A stretch of 61,807 nucleotides of DNA, filler included, from Sphacelaria rigidula (Eukaryota): assembly GCA_964200075.2 (NCBI GenBank). It is 11 parts of 11 records of this genome, joined end to end, with 100 filler letters (N's around TTAATTAATTAA, not from the genome) between each part and the next. Parts side by side here need not be neighbours in the genome. Positions count along the whole stretch, not along the records: positions 22,514 to 28,041 come from CAXNAA020026607.1; positions 28,142 to 33,669 come from CAXNAA020026608.1; positions 33,770 to 39,297 come from CAXNAA020026609.1; 8 more parts are not named here. One strand, given 5' to 3'. Below the pieces are notes generated by a model that searched no databases, had not been told where the DNA came from, and was given only the letters and a program-made list of their open reading frames with translations. The position numbers and the translations under genes were made by a program. Positions 26,701-37,655 of this stretch are shown here, piece after piece (within the stretch, counting starts at the first letter, position 1; each line of letters opens with the position of its first letter).

Positions 26701-27934
26701 TGAAAATATGGTATCAGAAATACCGCAATGGCTGCACAAGCAAATAGAGAAGGCGCTAGACTACACTGGGAAATGGAGAATGGCAGCGAACGGTAAAGAA
26801 TGCGCAGTAATTAAATGCAATGAAGAATATAAAATTTGGTAGAGCTCTAATGGAAGTAGGAAGAAGAGGAGCTGCCGATCGTAGACCAGTATACATACCT
26901 TGGCGTAGAGAACTCAAAATATTGTTTTGGGATGCACGCATACATGAAGTAATAGAAAATGGTAAGGCACAGATAGGAAGGATGGACGTGATCCTCGGAG
27001 ATTCGCACCTAGGTACTAGGATTAAGACATGTATCCTGATGAACGTGATTGTACCGAAGCTGGAATATGCAGGAGAGATAAGGGAGGGTAACGTGAAGTT
27101 GGTGGAGGGGTTGGAAACGGTACAGATGGCTGCAGCTGAGAGAATACTTGGTTGCTCGATAGCGACGAGTGATACAGTTTTGAGAGTAGAGTTGGGAATG
27201 CACTCACTTGAAACAAGCAGAGACATGAGAAGATTGAGATGGCGATATAGCGTAAAGCAGACGCGGATAAATAGATTGCCAGCTATAGTTGATGGGGCTG
27301 TTTGGAAGAACTGGAATAGGGTGGAATAGAGAAATCGTGAAAATATGGAAGGAGATGAGAGGAAACCAAGACGAGAGATGCTGTCGGTAGATAAATGTAC
27401 GGGGTACAAGACAAAACTAAGAGAAATGATGGAAAAAAGTAGATGAGGAAGAACACCTGGAGATATACAGAGGGTTGAGAGAGGGGATAGGGATGGAAAT
27501 ATATCTGCATGACCCGGTGAACGCGGCGAAAACCTTGAAACTGCGATTTCCGGTGGATGACCTGGACAGAACTGCCGCTGTGGCAAAGCAATAGAGAGCA
27601 GAAGTCGAATAGTGGCAGAATGTGAGCTATACAAGGAGGAACGGGACGTGCTATAGGGGGAAATGCGGGGCGTGAACAAAGGTGGCGTGTAGTCGTTCGA
27701 TGTACCAGAGAGTAGGAAGAAAACGATTGCTATGCCAGGAGATAGACGGTGGCCACAGATGGCGGAAGAGGGTGGGGTAAAATATGAAGAAGGTTTTTGT
27801 GTAGTGTATGCAAGAAACGTCATGAGCACCGGAATATTGAAGATGTCTATATTAGGTGTAGGAATTGGTGCTCCGTCTCGAAAGGGATGCGTGGGCAACG
27901 GTCAAACGACTGAGGCAAGCAACAAAAGAGTACG

Positions 27935-27970
<36 letters not shown>
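23720..27970 (+). mobile_element. Degenerate non-LTR retrotransposon (LINE): APE endonuclease, reverse transcriptase, C-terminal zinc-knuckle remnant, 3' UTR and C36 run
   Basis: APE motifs LRIRS*NVCG, DLDIVGIQES, VLDYIVV, TDHCLI. RT motifs KAAGA, VVNLFRRGDKADPGN, AGFRPKRSCVDQVY, VKKAYETVWRNGL, GVAKGCTSSLTLFTVFINDL. CRCGKAIESRSRIVAECELY near 27575. Many stops and frameshifts. A possible ORF1 remnant lies upstream (about 22860-23700). Clade not resolved. Confidence 0.92.
23801..24529. mobile_element. Family B hAT-like element inserted in the LINE APE domain, perfect 8-bp TSD
   Basis: GAGATATC (23793-23800) | CAAGGGCAGGTCGAGTAGAGTA ... TACTCTACTCGATCTCTCCTTC | GAGATATC (24530-24537). Excision restores ...KVIEISQQVD... 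Confidence 0.88.
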
Positions 27971-27971
<1 letters not shown>

Positions 27972-28041
27972 CCCAACCCCCCCCCCCCAGCCCGCGACCG
28001 ACACCTAAAAATGACAGCAAAATAAAAAACACACATGAGAA

Positions 28042-28141
28042 NNNNNNNNNNNNNNNNNNNNNNNNNNNNNNNNNNNNNNNNNNNNTTAATTAATTAANNN
28101 NNNNNNNNNNNNNNNNNNNNNNNNNNNNNNNNNNNNNNNNN
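28042..28141. other. Artificial contig linker
   Basis: N44-TTAATTAATTAA-N44. Confidence 0.98.
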
Positions 28142-28807
28142 TCCATCTAGGACCTCAACATTTCGCTGATCGACATCCAATTTTCTATGGCGTGTAGCAG
28201 TTGTCAATAGCTATCAGTAGGTGACGAAATGGAACCATATTTCGAAGATTTGGTGCGGATACGAAGATATCAATTCTCCGCGTTTCTTATCCCCAATAAA
28301 AGATCCATCCCCAATATGTAAGATTCCATGTTGGAGGCAAAATCTTCGCGTAAACTGAAATGGAAATGGCCGAGCACAACAAGCAGCTGGGAATTCGCAC
28401 GTTTGTGTTCGTTTTCGCCAATATCGCCCTCATACGGCGCTTCATGCAGCCTGAACCCAAACATCAGGCGCTGTATGGCCATTTTTTCGTAACACTTTTG
28501 GCTGGTTTGGGGGGCGGGCTGTCGTAGAAAGTGCCCCTGCCAGATTGGTCCAGCTTGGCGTTTTGGTCAGAACAATCTATTATTCACGTCGTTGACAACG
28601 CGAGGACAACAGTATCATATATATGAAAATGTTCGGCTGATCTTGTTACAAGTCAATCGACGTGGTGCGGGGGGAATGCTGATCCAGTCCGCCATACCAA
28701 ACTATGGCGACGAGTGTACCGGGAGAGAGATGGGTCGATCCCGTGAGGCCTCGGACCCATCCCGAGCAGGGGGGGGTGTAATCATGATTATCGATACCAA
28801 AGACTGC

Positions 28808-29045
28808 TGCCGAGATAGCCCCCCCCCCGAACCAACGAAAAAAGTGCACGGAGGCGATGGTCATAAATGCCGTTATAGCTGGTTTCGTGCTGCACGACGC
28901 AACTGATTTGGGTGTTATAGCTCATTTCGGACTGCTACACGCCTTTCATGTGAGCGAAATCGCTGTAAACGAGCCCAACCGTGGGATCGCAGCCGGTTCG
29001 TCGAATGGTCTCCGGTGCACTTTTTGTGGGGAGGCTATCTCGGCA
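28808..29045. mobile_element. MITE-like element with about 40-bp imperfect TIRs
   Basis: TGCCGAGATAGCCCCCC...AAAAAGTGCAC versus GTGCACTTTTT...GGGGAGGCTATCTCGGCA. Confidence 0.55.
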
Positions 29046-30211
29046 TTAGTCCAAAGTCATAAAGCCATTGACCTGACATCCCCACAAAGCCGGGACGGAA
29101 GACGCCGGGGGGTTTTGCCGGACCAGGCCCGAGGAAGGGGGGAGGGGTAGAGAATGATGATAATTCCTTCAAAGAACATCCAATCTCGGTGGAACACGAT
29201 CAGGCGGCTACATCGATCGTGCTTAGTCACCCTCAAGTTGCTTGCGGACACCGTGCGTTGGCGATGCCTATATATTGTTGCCCCAAGTTTTGTTCCCATG
29301 TGTTCCTGCCGTATTCCCCCGGGCATATGTACCCGCGGCTGCCGTATGCCTCACGTGGTGTTGACCCATGATATACAACCCGTCACCACGACCCTCCACA
29401 GAACCAAGCCTGAGCCGGCCTATTTCTTCGGGCGACTCGTCCACCCTGTCGCGCCCCGTCTTGAACCCGCAGAAAATCCGCCACGTTATGAAGAAGCGTG
29501 TCGAAAAGGCGGCCAGCATGAACTGCGACGCCATCCTCCCCAACGCGATGATGGTGAGAAGCCGACTGATTGCTACAGAACGTAAAGCAGAAAATGCGCC
29601 GCCGTCTGTCCGTAGTCGAGGGTGCGTGTGCGTGCTGCGGTTGGTCGTTTGTCTTCAGTTTGGCTAGGAGGTGTGTGAAGAAGGTACTACTGTACACAGT
29701 CGCTCGAATGAGTCCTCACTTCACCGTTCAGCACGCTGCGTGCTACTAACAGAGTGGTAGCCGAGAGAAGGATGACCGAAGAAACCAACCAGGTGTTTCG
29801 GGAATGCTCAGGCCACACACAAGCGAAGGCATCAGGCACCCGAAGTTAGAGCACGGTCGTTTTCTGGCACCACTAGGCCCGATACACGCTCTGGCAGAAC
29901 AAAAACACAACACACGCGCGCCAGCGCAACGGGGCTATATTGTGTGTAAAGACAAGGTTGAGATTTCGCGTCCGAAGGTGGCGTGGTTTTGATTCCGACG
30001 ACTGTAGCGAATTGTGTGATTATCAGTATAACTAGTTTTCGCCCAGACTGCGCATGAAATCTCCCAGGAGCAGTGAAAGGGCCACGTTTCATGTAACAAT
30101 ACTGAGATAAGGAAGTGTGAAGATAGGCGCACACGGATAGGGCAATTCAAACCATGATTTGTCGATATTCATGTTTTGTACGTGTCCTTGAAGTGGTTCG
30201 TGCAATAGCAA

Positions 30212-30590
30212 CTGTTTCCACGTGAAGCGTCTTGAACTCGTCGTTCGTGCAGCGCGACTCGTTCCACCACTCTACCCGCGCTTGATTCGCACGGAACGAT
30301 TCTTCCCGACAGTATTCCTCGCTTGATTCATGCCGTACGAATCTTCAACATTTCGGCCATCCTTGATTTGTACGCGGCAACTCTTGCCCAAAGGTTCCCC
30401 TGCCATCGATTCGGATAAGGAAATATTGTGAGAAGGCAATCTCGACATCAGATTCAAGCAGCATGCTTTTGATATGCATTTTCCCTGCATAGTCGATTAA
30501 TACACCACGAATCAAACCCCCTCCCCCCCCCTTCATGGTTCACATGGGACGAATCGTACGCATCATGACTCGTTTCATGTGTGGAAACAG
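30212..30590. mobile_element. MITE-like element with CTGTTTCCAC TIRs
   Basis: CTGTTTCCACGTGAAGCG ... CGTTTCATGTGTGGAAACAG. Confidence 0.45.
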
Positions 30591-30874
30591 CCAAACCTGA
30601 CGCCGTTGTCGTCGTGATAAGGTGGCCAGCCACCGCAGCCATTCAGATGGCGGGGTACTAGGAACGCGCCGAGTCGAGTCAGTACCAGACCTGGCCCTGT
30701 ATGTGGCCTAATACAATATGTCCATCTGACCGTGTCGCAAATATTCGTCGTGCAGTCAATGTATAAGAGAAAACGTTTGAAACGATCGTTGGACCAACCT
30801 CCGCACCCCGTTCCTTCGTTTCCTCTCTTCTACATTTTCCTTCTACGTGCCTATCTCCACGCGTGAAACAAAAG

Positions 30875-31183
30875 ACCTACGCCGAGGAGGACACAGGAGT
30901 GTCCATTTCCAAAGCAGAGCAAATCATGTACAACATCTGGTTTGCGAAGCTGGTGCATGACCACGGCATGTTGGTGGGATTCAAGGACGCGCGGGAGCTT
31001 GTGCCACTCTGCTACGGAGACTTCGATTTTGCCATTAACTTCTCGTGCTTTGAGTTCGAAGAGTGCAATGTGTACAAAAACACGTTCATCAAGAACGGCA
31101 AGCCCGTGTTCAACGCAGAATTCGAAGCGGAGTTGGACCACTGCGACGATGCGAACAAGCTGAATATCGACTCTATTATCAAG
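30875..31183 (+). CDS. Glycoside hydrolase family 114-like (endo-alpha-1,4-polygalactosaminidase fold), C-terminal half, internal exon
   Basis: AAG acceptor after a pyrimidine tract; AAG|GTAGGA donor. DTGVSISKAEQIMYNIWFAKLVHDHGMLVGFKD...DFDFAINFSCFEFEEC...FIKNGKPVFNAEF matches the GH114 pattern TG..l...dQ..Yn..lA..aH..Gl.vGlKN...fDfavNEqC..y.EC...Fi..gKPVf..EY. Confidence 0.85.
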
Positions 31184-31486
31184 GTAGGAAAGGGCTGTGA
31201 GACACCGTTTGAAACAGGAAATTATGAGACCATGCTTTGGCGACGTGTGTGCGTAGCAGTTCTCGGGCGTCGCGGCTGTCTATCTGATCAGGCTTGTCTT
31301 CGCATGCTTGCAGATGCCAGATCGTAAGCGTGCGTAATGTGGGTCTGAACGTCATCCAGCTGCAGCACATCGCTGTTTTGTATGTCTCCTGACTGGCACC
31401 CTCCCCGCCCCCTCCCGTTGCCGATTCGTGCCGTCTCCGTCTTTCCCTCTTACTCGTTTGCTTGCGGTCCATATACCCTGCCAAAG

Positions 31487-31766
31487 GACGTGAGCCTGGC
31501 GGCACCGTTCTGCAGTTGCTCGCACCCGGGCAACGACCAAGACTGCAGCGCTGTCCTGGATTGTTACTCTGGATTTGACGACGGGACAGGGGGAGGGGGA
31601 AGTTGCGCAGATTACGGCGGAGACCTCACCAGCGGATCGGTCTGCTGTCCGGCGGCATGCGGACAGTGTGGCGGCGAAGGCTGCGGAGGTCCCGAGGAAG
31701 GGTGCTGCACGTCCGACGCTAAGGATCTGTGCTCCGACGGCGTCGGCGCCCCTTGCCTTCTCGATG
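31487..31766 (+). CDS. Next exon of the GH114-like gene: Cys/Gly-rich extracellular module
   Basis: AAG acceptor in phase 0 (IIK|DVSLAAPFCSC). VCCPAACGQCGGEGCGGPEEGCCTSDAKDLCSDGVGAPCLLD. Ends at G|GTGAGA donor (31767) or reads through to the stop at 31786. Confidence 0.75.
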
Positions 31767-32745
31767 GTGAGACCTGTTTGCGTTGATGCCAAACGGAAAG
31801 TGCAGGGGTTTTTCGCCACAGGAAACAGTGCTGTGGCTAATGTGAGGTCGTCAGAAACGCACAACGACGGGAAATTGTCGTGATGTCGGCGGACAAAGTC
31901 CGTCGGTGGCGCTGTACATAGCCATGCTTAATTTTCTGTATGTCCACTTGGGTGTACATACGGATTCTCGTCTACAGTAGAGGTTGAACAAACCTGTGGC
32001 ATGAAAGCATCAACCAAGCAAAGACAGGTAGGGTGATTCAAAACAATGACCTAGAGTATACCGCCTGCATCATCCATTTCACTAATGACGTTGGCATTCC
32101 TACTCGACGTGGTGGCCGGTGTTTGTCATCTCTTTGGATGCATGAGAACACACATACTCGACACGGACGCGCGATTCAGGAATAATACCGTCGTTTTTGT
32201 TCCGCATCTAACAGAATTTGGTGGTTTCCCCATTCATGCGATGTCGCCTTCTCCGTGTAGCTTAATGCATGTGTTGGAGCGACGCTTGGCGGAGGACGAC
32301 GAGCGGCTGACAGCTACTTCGCCTCTGCGTATCTTCCAACGAAAACCTCCGTCGTGTAAGAGATGAGAGGGTCGTATCACCTGTGAATGCTGCACGCACG
32401 CCACCATTGCTGACATCGTATAGGTTTGACCCCGAAGTAGTCGTAATTGATCAAGTAGCACCTCTCACATGAAAGGCGAGATGCCCAACCGCCAGGCCTG
32501 CTTTTCTGTTGTTTTAGACGTGGCGATTTAAGTATGCGTAAGTGTTGCAAGTGTGGTGCGATCAGTACGTTCGTTATCAATATCTCCGGATAACATCGGA
32601 AAATATAGTCGATATACTGTCCGTTCGACCAAATTTAGTGTTCATCTCAAGATGACTGAGGGATATTACTTCCTTCGCAAGTCCGGACTATCACTGTTGT
32701 CCCAAGTTGTAATACTTGGTTGGTCACATGGCAAGATGGGATACT

Positions 32746-33130
32746 TGTAAGATGCGGTACATCTTGGGTATATTCAACCCAAACGTGGAGTGTAATTGCT
32801 CCGGTGTGTACGTTCGGAGTAGTGATGATTTTACCAGGGTGATGGTATAGATTTTTGCAAGCGATCAGTGATGTTCGGTTGTTTTAGGCTTCACGATGAG
32901 GGTGTGTACAAGTAGTGTTATCTGTACTCGGTTTGTGGTTTCGTCGTATCTTGATCTTTGTTCGTGTTGGAGTTTAGTAGTATCTTTATCTTCGTTCGTG
33001 TTGGAGTTTAGTCGTATCTTGATCTTCGTTCGTGTCGTAGTTTAGTCGTATATTGATATGTTTGTTTTATCGTTTTGTCGTACATTGATCTCTGTTCGTT
33101 TGTAGTTTGGTTGTGTCTCGATCTGTTCGT
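32746..33130 (+). repeat. Possible solo LTR with an about 33-bp degenerate tandem array (32937-33130)
   Basis: Starts TGTAAGAT with weak similarity to the copia LTR start at 55045(-). Repeated GTCGTATCTTGATCTT.GTTCGTGTTGGAGTTTA units. Confidence 0.4.
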
Positions 33131-33669
33131 TATGTTTGTCTGCTGGCTAGTTGGTGCATTTGCAAGAGGGATACAGTAGTATTCATTCTCACATTTGAAG
33201 AAGAAAGATTAAATGTAAACTCCATATCGAGTGAATCACGGGCGGCCCAGTCATCGGGGGTCCTGCCACGTTTCAGCCCAGACTCTTACTCTTCGGTATT
33301 TTCGGTCGACCGAGCCTATCCAGATCTTGACACCCTGCTGATAAATGGAGTCTTTACTCGTATCACCCGATAACACCAACTAACACTGATGTGGGCACTG
33401 TGTTTCGATAATGATCTGTTTATTGTACCAAGATCTACCGACTCTAGCAATTTCAAGTCCTATCGTAGAGTAGCACGCGAGGAAAAACCCCAAAAGACCC
33501 CGAGTAGTTAGACCGCCCACTACTGTAGGTGCGTCCTACCAATACGCACGAAGAAAGCAATAAGCAGAGTAGGGAAGGGATATAGTACACCCAGGAACTG
33601 TGACGCTAGCAGGTTTGCTAGTACCCCAGCGTCTAAATGCTGTTGAGGGACTCCCCAGCTCTTCTTCTG

Positions 33670-33769
33670 NNNNNNNNNNNNNNNNNNNNNNNNNNNNNNN
33701 NNNNNNNNNNNNNTTAATTAATTAANNNNNNNNNNNNNNNNNNNNNNNNNNNNNNNNNNNNNNNNNNNN
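33670..33769. other. Artificial contig linker
   Basis: N44-TTAATTAATTAA-N44. Confidence 0.98.
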
Positions 33770-35437
33770 GCAACGGCAACGGTCGGAGGAAGACACCTGA
33801 TTGTACAGTCTGCGCCGTTCGCTTCAAGCGTTTTTGCTCTAATACGGGATCCGGTCGGTGTTCATCTTCGTTTCCGAGCCGCAAATCGCAGATCCGGCAA
33901 TGGTCTGATGTTGTCTTCACATGATGCCGTTCGGGCTGGTGTGTCGGCAAGATGTTCACCCATGTTCGTTGGATCTTTGTGAACTCCGGTACACAAGCGA
34001 CCTGTATGCATCGTTGGATCTTCCAGGTCTTCGGACCGACCAACAGGGGGGCTACACTTCTCTGGTCGTTGGGCTTCCGCCTTTTGTGGTGGGATATAAT
34101 TTTACCGAAAATGGCTATGATTGTGACTGCTAGGCGTAACTTGTGCTGAGACGGCGGTACGGTCACCACTTCACAAAAAAGGGTCACCACTTCACAAGAG
34201 AGGGTCAACAGGAAAGCAAAAAAGGGTAGATATAACTTTTTAGCAGGGGGCAGGGTGTACCCTCCTGGTTTGCTTACAAAAAAGGGTACTCTCACAAGCT
34301 CTCATTTTCGGCGCCGTAGTTCAGCCCAGTAGCACTTGTGAAAATGAAAAAAAATGGACGGGTATGCTGCCCAGGCACCTCGGGCGTGGGGCTGAGGTGC
34401 TGGAACGTGTTTTCGAGGTGTTCAGCCAGCGTGCAGCGCCGCGCCCCAAAGCGAAAAAAACGTCACTCTTGTTTGTTCCAAAAGCACCAGGGCGTACCCT
34501 TTTTTGTATATTGCCCTTTCTTCAACGTTCTCCCAAAATGAAGCGGCGAGATTTTTTCGCCAAGCCTTCACGTTCGGCGAATGCCTAGTATTTCGGACCC
34601 CAGCAAAATACTCCGCAGAGCTGCCCTTGGCGTACGCCGCGGCGCTCGCAAGCATGCGAGAATCATCAGGAACCTTGCTAGTGACACCCGGGGCTATGTC
34701 GCAGAGTAAAAAGCACCGGAGGTTGGCGGTATCTATCTCCTTAGACGGTGTGTGCCCCGGCAGCGGTGTTGGAGCTGTTGGGGCCAAGCACGGTGGTCGT
34801 TGTTTGCAGACATACGCACTTTCGAAGCGAAGAGCAGAAACAATCCAGTAGCTACCTACCTGCCAGCAGTGCTGCTACGAGGTTACGCTACCGCGCCGTC
34901 TGAAGAGTGTATAGCTGGTGGTTTGATTGGGTGTATCTGCGCATACAACTCACAGAAAGCAAGCATGCTGCAATCTATGCACGGGGCTTTCTACAGTCAG
35001 TATGTTTACTCATGTGTGCTGCTGCAGCATCCTGAGAGAGCCGATCGATCACGCCCTAGCCTGTCCGACTGCCCCCCAGTGTCACAGAGAGGTAGTGAGA
35101 AATATGTTTACCACAGTGGTTATGAACGCCATACACGGGCAGGTAGCATAACCCTGTCCTTTATTTGCCGGCGAAAGCAAGCAAACGACGAGATCAACAC
35201 CATCTGTAATGAAATATCTAACAGCCACAGTAGATATAGATAATAACGAGCCCTCGGCGAATGCCGAAATTTCAGGCCTTCCAAGGGGCAGTTGAAGAGT
35301 AAAATCGGAACACGTGGGCCCCAAGATCGAAAATTCGAATTTTTGAGGGGGGGGGAAGACACCAAGCCGTGTGTCCCCTCGTTTTTTGCCGAAGCGTTGG
35401 CGGATGCGGTCAGCTGCCGTAGACAGTAAAGATCCGT

Positions 35438-35860
35438 TAATATAATATATTATATTTTACTATTATATTTTATCTATTATATTTCGTATATCATATTTCG
35501 TATATTATATTTCCTGTATTATATTTCATATACTATATTTTATACATTATATTTCATATAGTGTATATAATATACTATATGTCATATACTATATGTCATA
35601 TACTATATATCATATAGTATATTTCATGTATTATACATCATATAACATAGGTCTATATTATTGGTCTACATTATACATATTCTTCTCCTTAATATATATT
35701 ATATTTTTTTATAATAATATACAATATATATATGTAATATTTTATATATATAAATATTCATCAAGGGGCAGTATATGTTATATCATGTATTTATCTATAT
35801 AAAATATATGCGCTAAAATATATAGGATCCTTATATTATATATTATATGTAAATATGTAG
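35438..35860. repeat. AT-rich low-complexity (TA/TATTATAT) tract
   Basis: Direct inspection. Confidence 0.9.
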
Positions 35861-37587
35861 AGGAGCAGAAGCAAACGTGTACACCCCGCAAAGCCCACCA
35901 AAATTTTTGGATTTTGTCAATGTTCATTGATCAATTTCTTGCAACAAAATCAACATAAATAATCAAAACAGTGTTTATTGATCACTTTCTTACGAAAAAG
36001 TTGACAAAAAAAATCGAAAAAATCCTGACAATTTTCGAAAAAATGTCCTTCGGGGGGGGGGAAGTACTCATGGGGGGGGGGGGGGGGGGGGGGGCGGGGG
36101 CCCCGGTTTTTTTTTTCTGCCCCCTGGGCCCCCCCCTCTTTTTTTTTTTTTTGTCAATTAAANNNNNNNNNNGGCTGTGGTGCGTTGGCGGGGGGGGGGG
36201 GGGGGGGGGGGGCGGTGGGTGGGGGGGGGGGGGGGGGGGGGGGGGCTACGTGTCCCGGATTTTTTTCAGCTGCCCCTTGGGCCATCTCCCATTTTGTTTT
36301 TTTGTCGATAATAAAGGCCCTTATTACCGGATACAACAACTTTCAGCGGTCGGATACATGGAAATTCCGGGATATTTTATTCTGTATCCGGGCCCTCATG
36401 GTTGGGAGGGGGTTATACCCCTCCTCGCGGGCCCCCTCATCAGCACGCAGCAGAGCACACACGCGTGCACACACACAGCACACCACACCACACTCCACAG
36501 CACCACGGCACCACAGTAGACCAACAAAACACAAAGACCGATTGCATTGTAGTGTGGGAGAGAGCAAAACGATAGACAGGCACTAGCAGTGACAGCCCAC
36601 AGCGTACCAGTACAGCATACAGCATACAAGGAAGCTGCTTCTAAACAGGAAAAATATCAAAACAATACGTTATATAACACCCCGGGGACGGGACGTTTTC
36701 GTCCCCGATCACAGCGGATATTACCGGTCGGAAACGTGAAAAATACCGGATGTCGACATCCCTGATTATCCAGGATCATCTGTTATGGCGTGTAGCAGTT
36801 GCCAATAGCTACCAGTAATCCGCGAGACTGAGGTGTAAGGCATGCACGGGGTAGAGTCGACTTGATCCCTTGAGACCATCGACTCGTTCCATGAAACGGG
36901 AGGGGTCTAGCTAGTGTGACGGGGAAAAAACGTGAGTCAGCCTGTAAGGCAGTCCTGATAGTAAGTAAGTATAAGACGAAGGTGCACGATGGCATGCAGC
37001 ACGATCGTAAGCCTCTCTACAGTAAGAGGCAGTTAGCCTAGGGCTGGTTACAATGCAAGCCTGCACAATAACTCCTCCCCAGTAACCAACGTATACCTAC
37101 CTTCTACCGATGTAGATAGCTGGGTGCAAACCTTTGTCCTCTTGATACATCTGTTGCAGTTCGTTGTTCCCCCAAAAACACATGAAGTTACGATTTGCTA
37201 CACATGTTCCCATGGGCTGCACGCGCCACGGGTTTACAATAAGTAAAGCAAATGAGAAACTAAACAAAGACCCAGCACGTAGGCAAAGCCATACTGGTGT
37301 TACAGCTATCCTTCAAGTACCAGAAGAGCAGTTCCTTCTTTGTCTATTCTAACCAACGCCCTCCGCTTTCTCAGGACGAGTCCGTGGTCTCAAGGGATCA
37401 ACCCGTCTGTCAAGCGGTACACGCCCTACATTTTGGTATTATCACGGATTGGATTATTAGCACTCCCGCACCACGTCGATGGTCCTTCAACAAACTCAAC
37501 CAAACATACTGTTTTCGCTACTCATGTACCCACGCTTTCAATGACAGAAATAGCCACGTACTTGTGAGAAAAACGCTCAACTAGATT

Positions 37588-37655
37588 CATGTGGCGGGAT
37601 TCGAACCCACGCTGCCGTAGTGATGTTGTTTGAGCGTAGACTACTGGGACGCGAT
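37588..37655 (-). repeat. Possible tRNA-derived SINE head or tRNA pseudogene
   Basis: Minus strand has a B-box GGTTCGAATCCC and a weak A-box-like CCCAGTAGTCTA. No full cloverleaf. Confidence 0.35.

Noticed and set aside
26756..27898. 380-aa minus-strand ORF, the longest in the track
   Set aside because: Antisense shadow of the purine-rich LINE ORF2; Ser/Leu/Phe/Pro-rich with no recognisable motifs.
33714..34295. ORFs running into N-linkers (also 11002, 11210, 22466, 39110, 50602, 56233)
   Set aside because: They extend through Ns and stop in the artificial TTAATTAATTAA; no recognisable homology.
36072..36315. Apparent tandem duplication around the 10-N gap (36163-36172)
   Set aside because: The left copy is a homopolymer-smeared version of the right copy after a poly-G run, typical of sequencing error and an unmerged overlap.
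37588..37655. Functional tRNA gene
   Set aside because: Only the T-arm/B-box is convincing; acceptor and anticodon stems do not pair.
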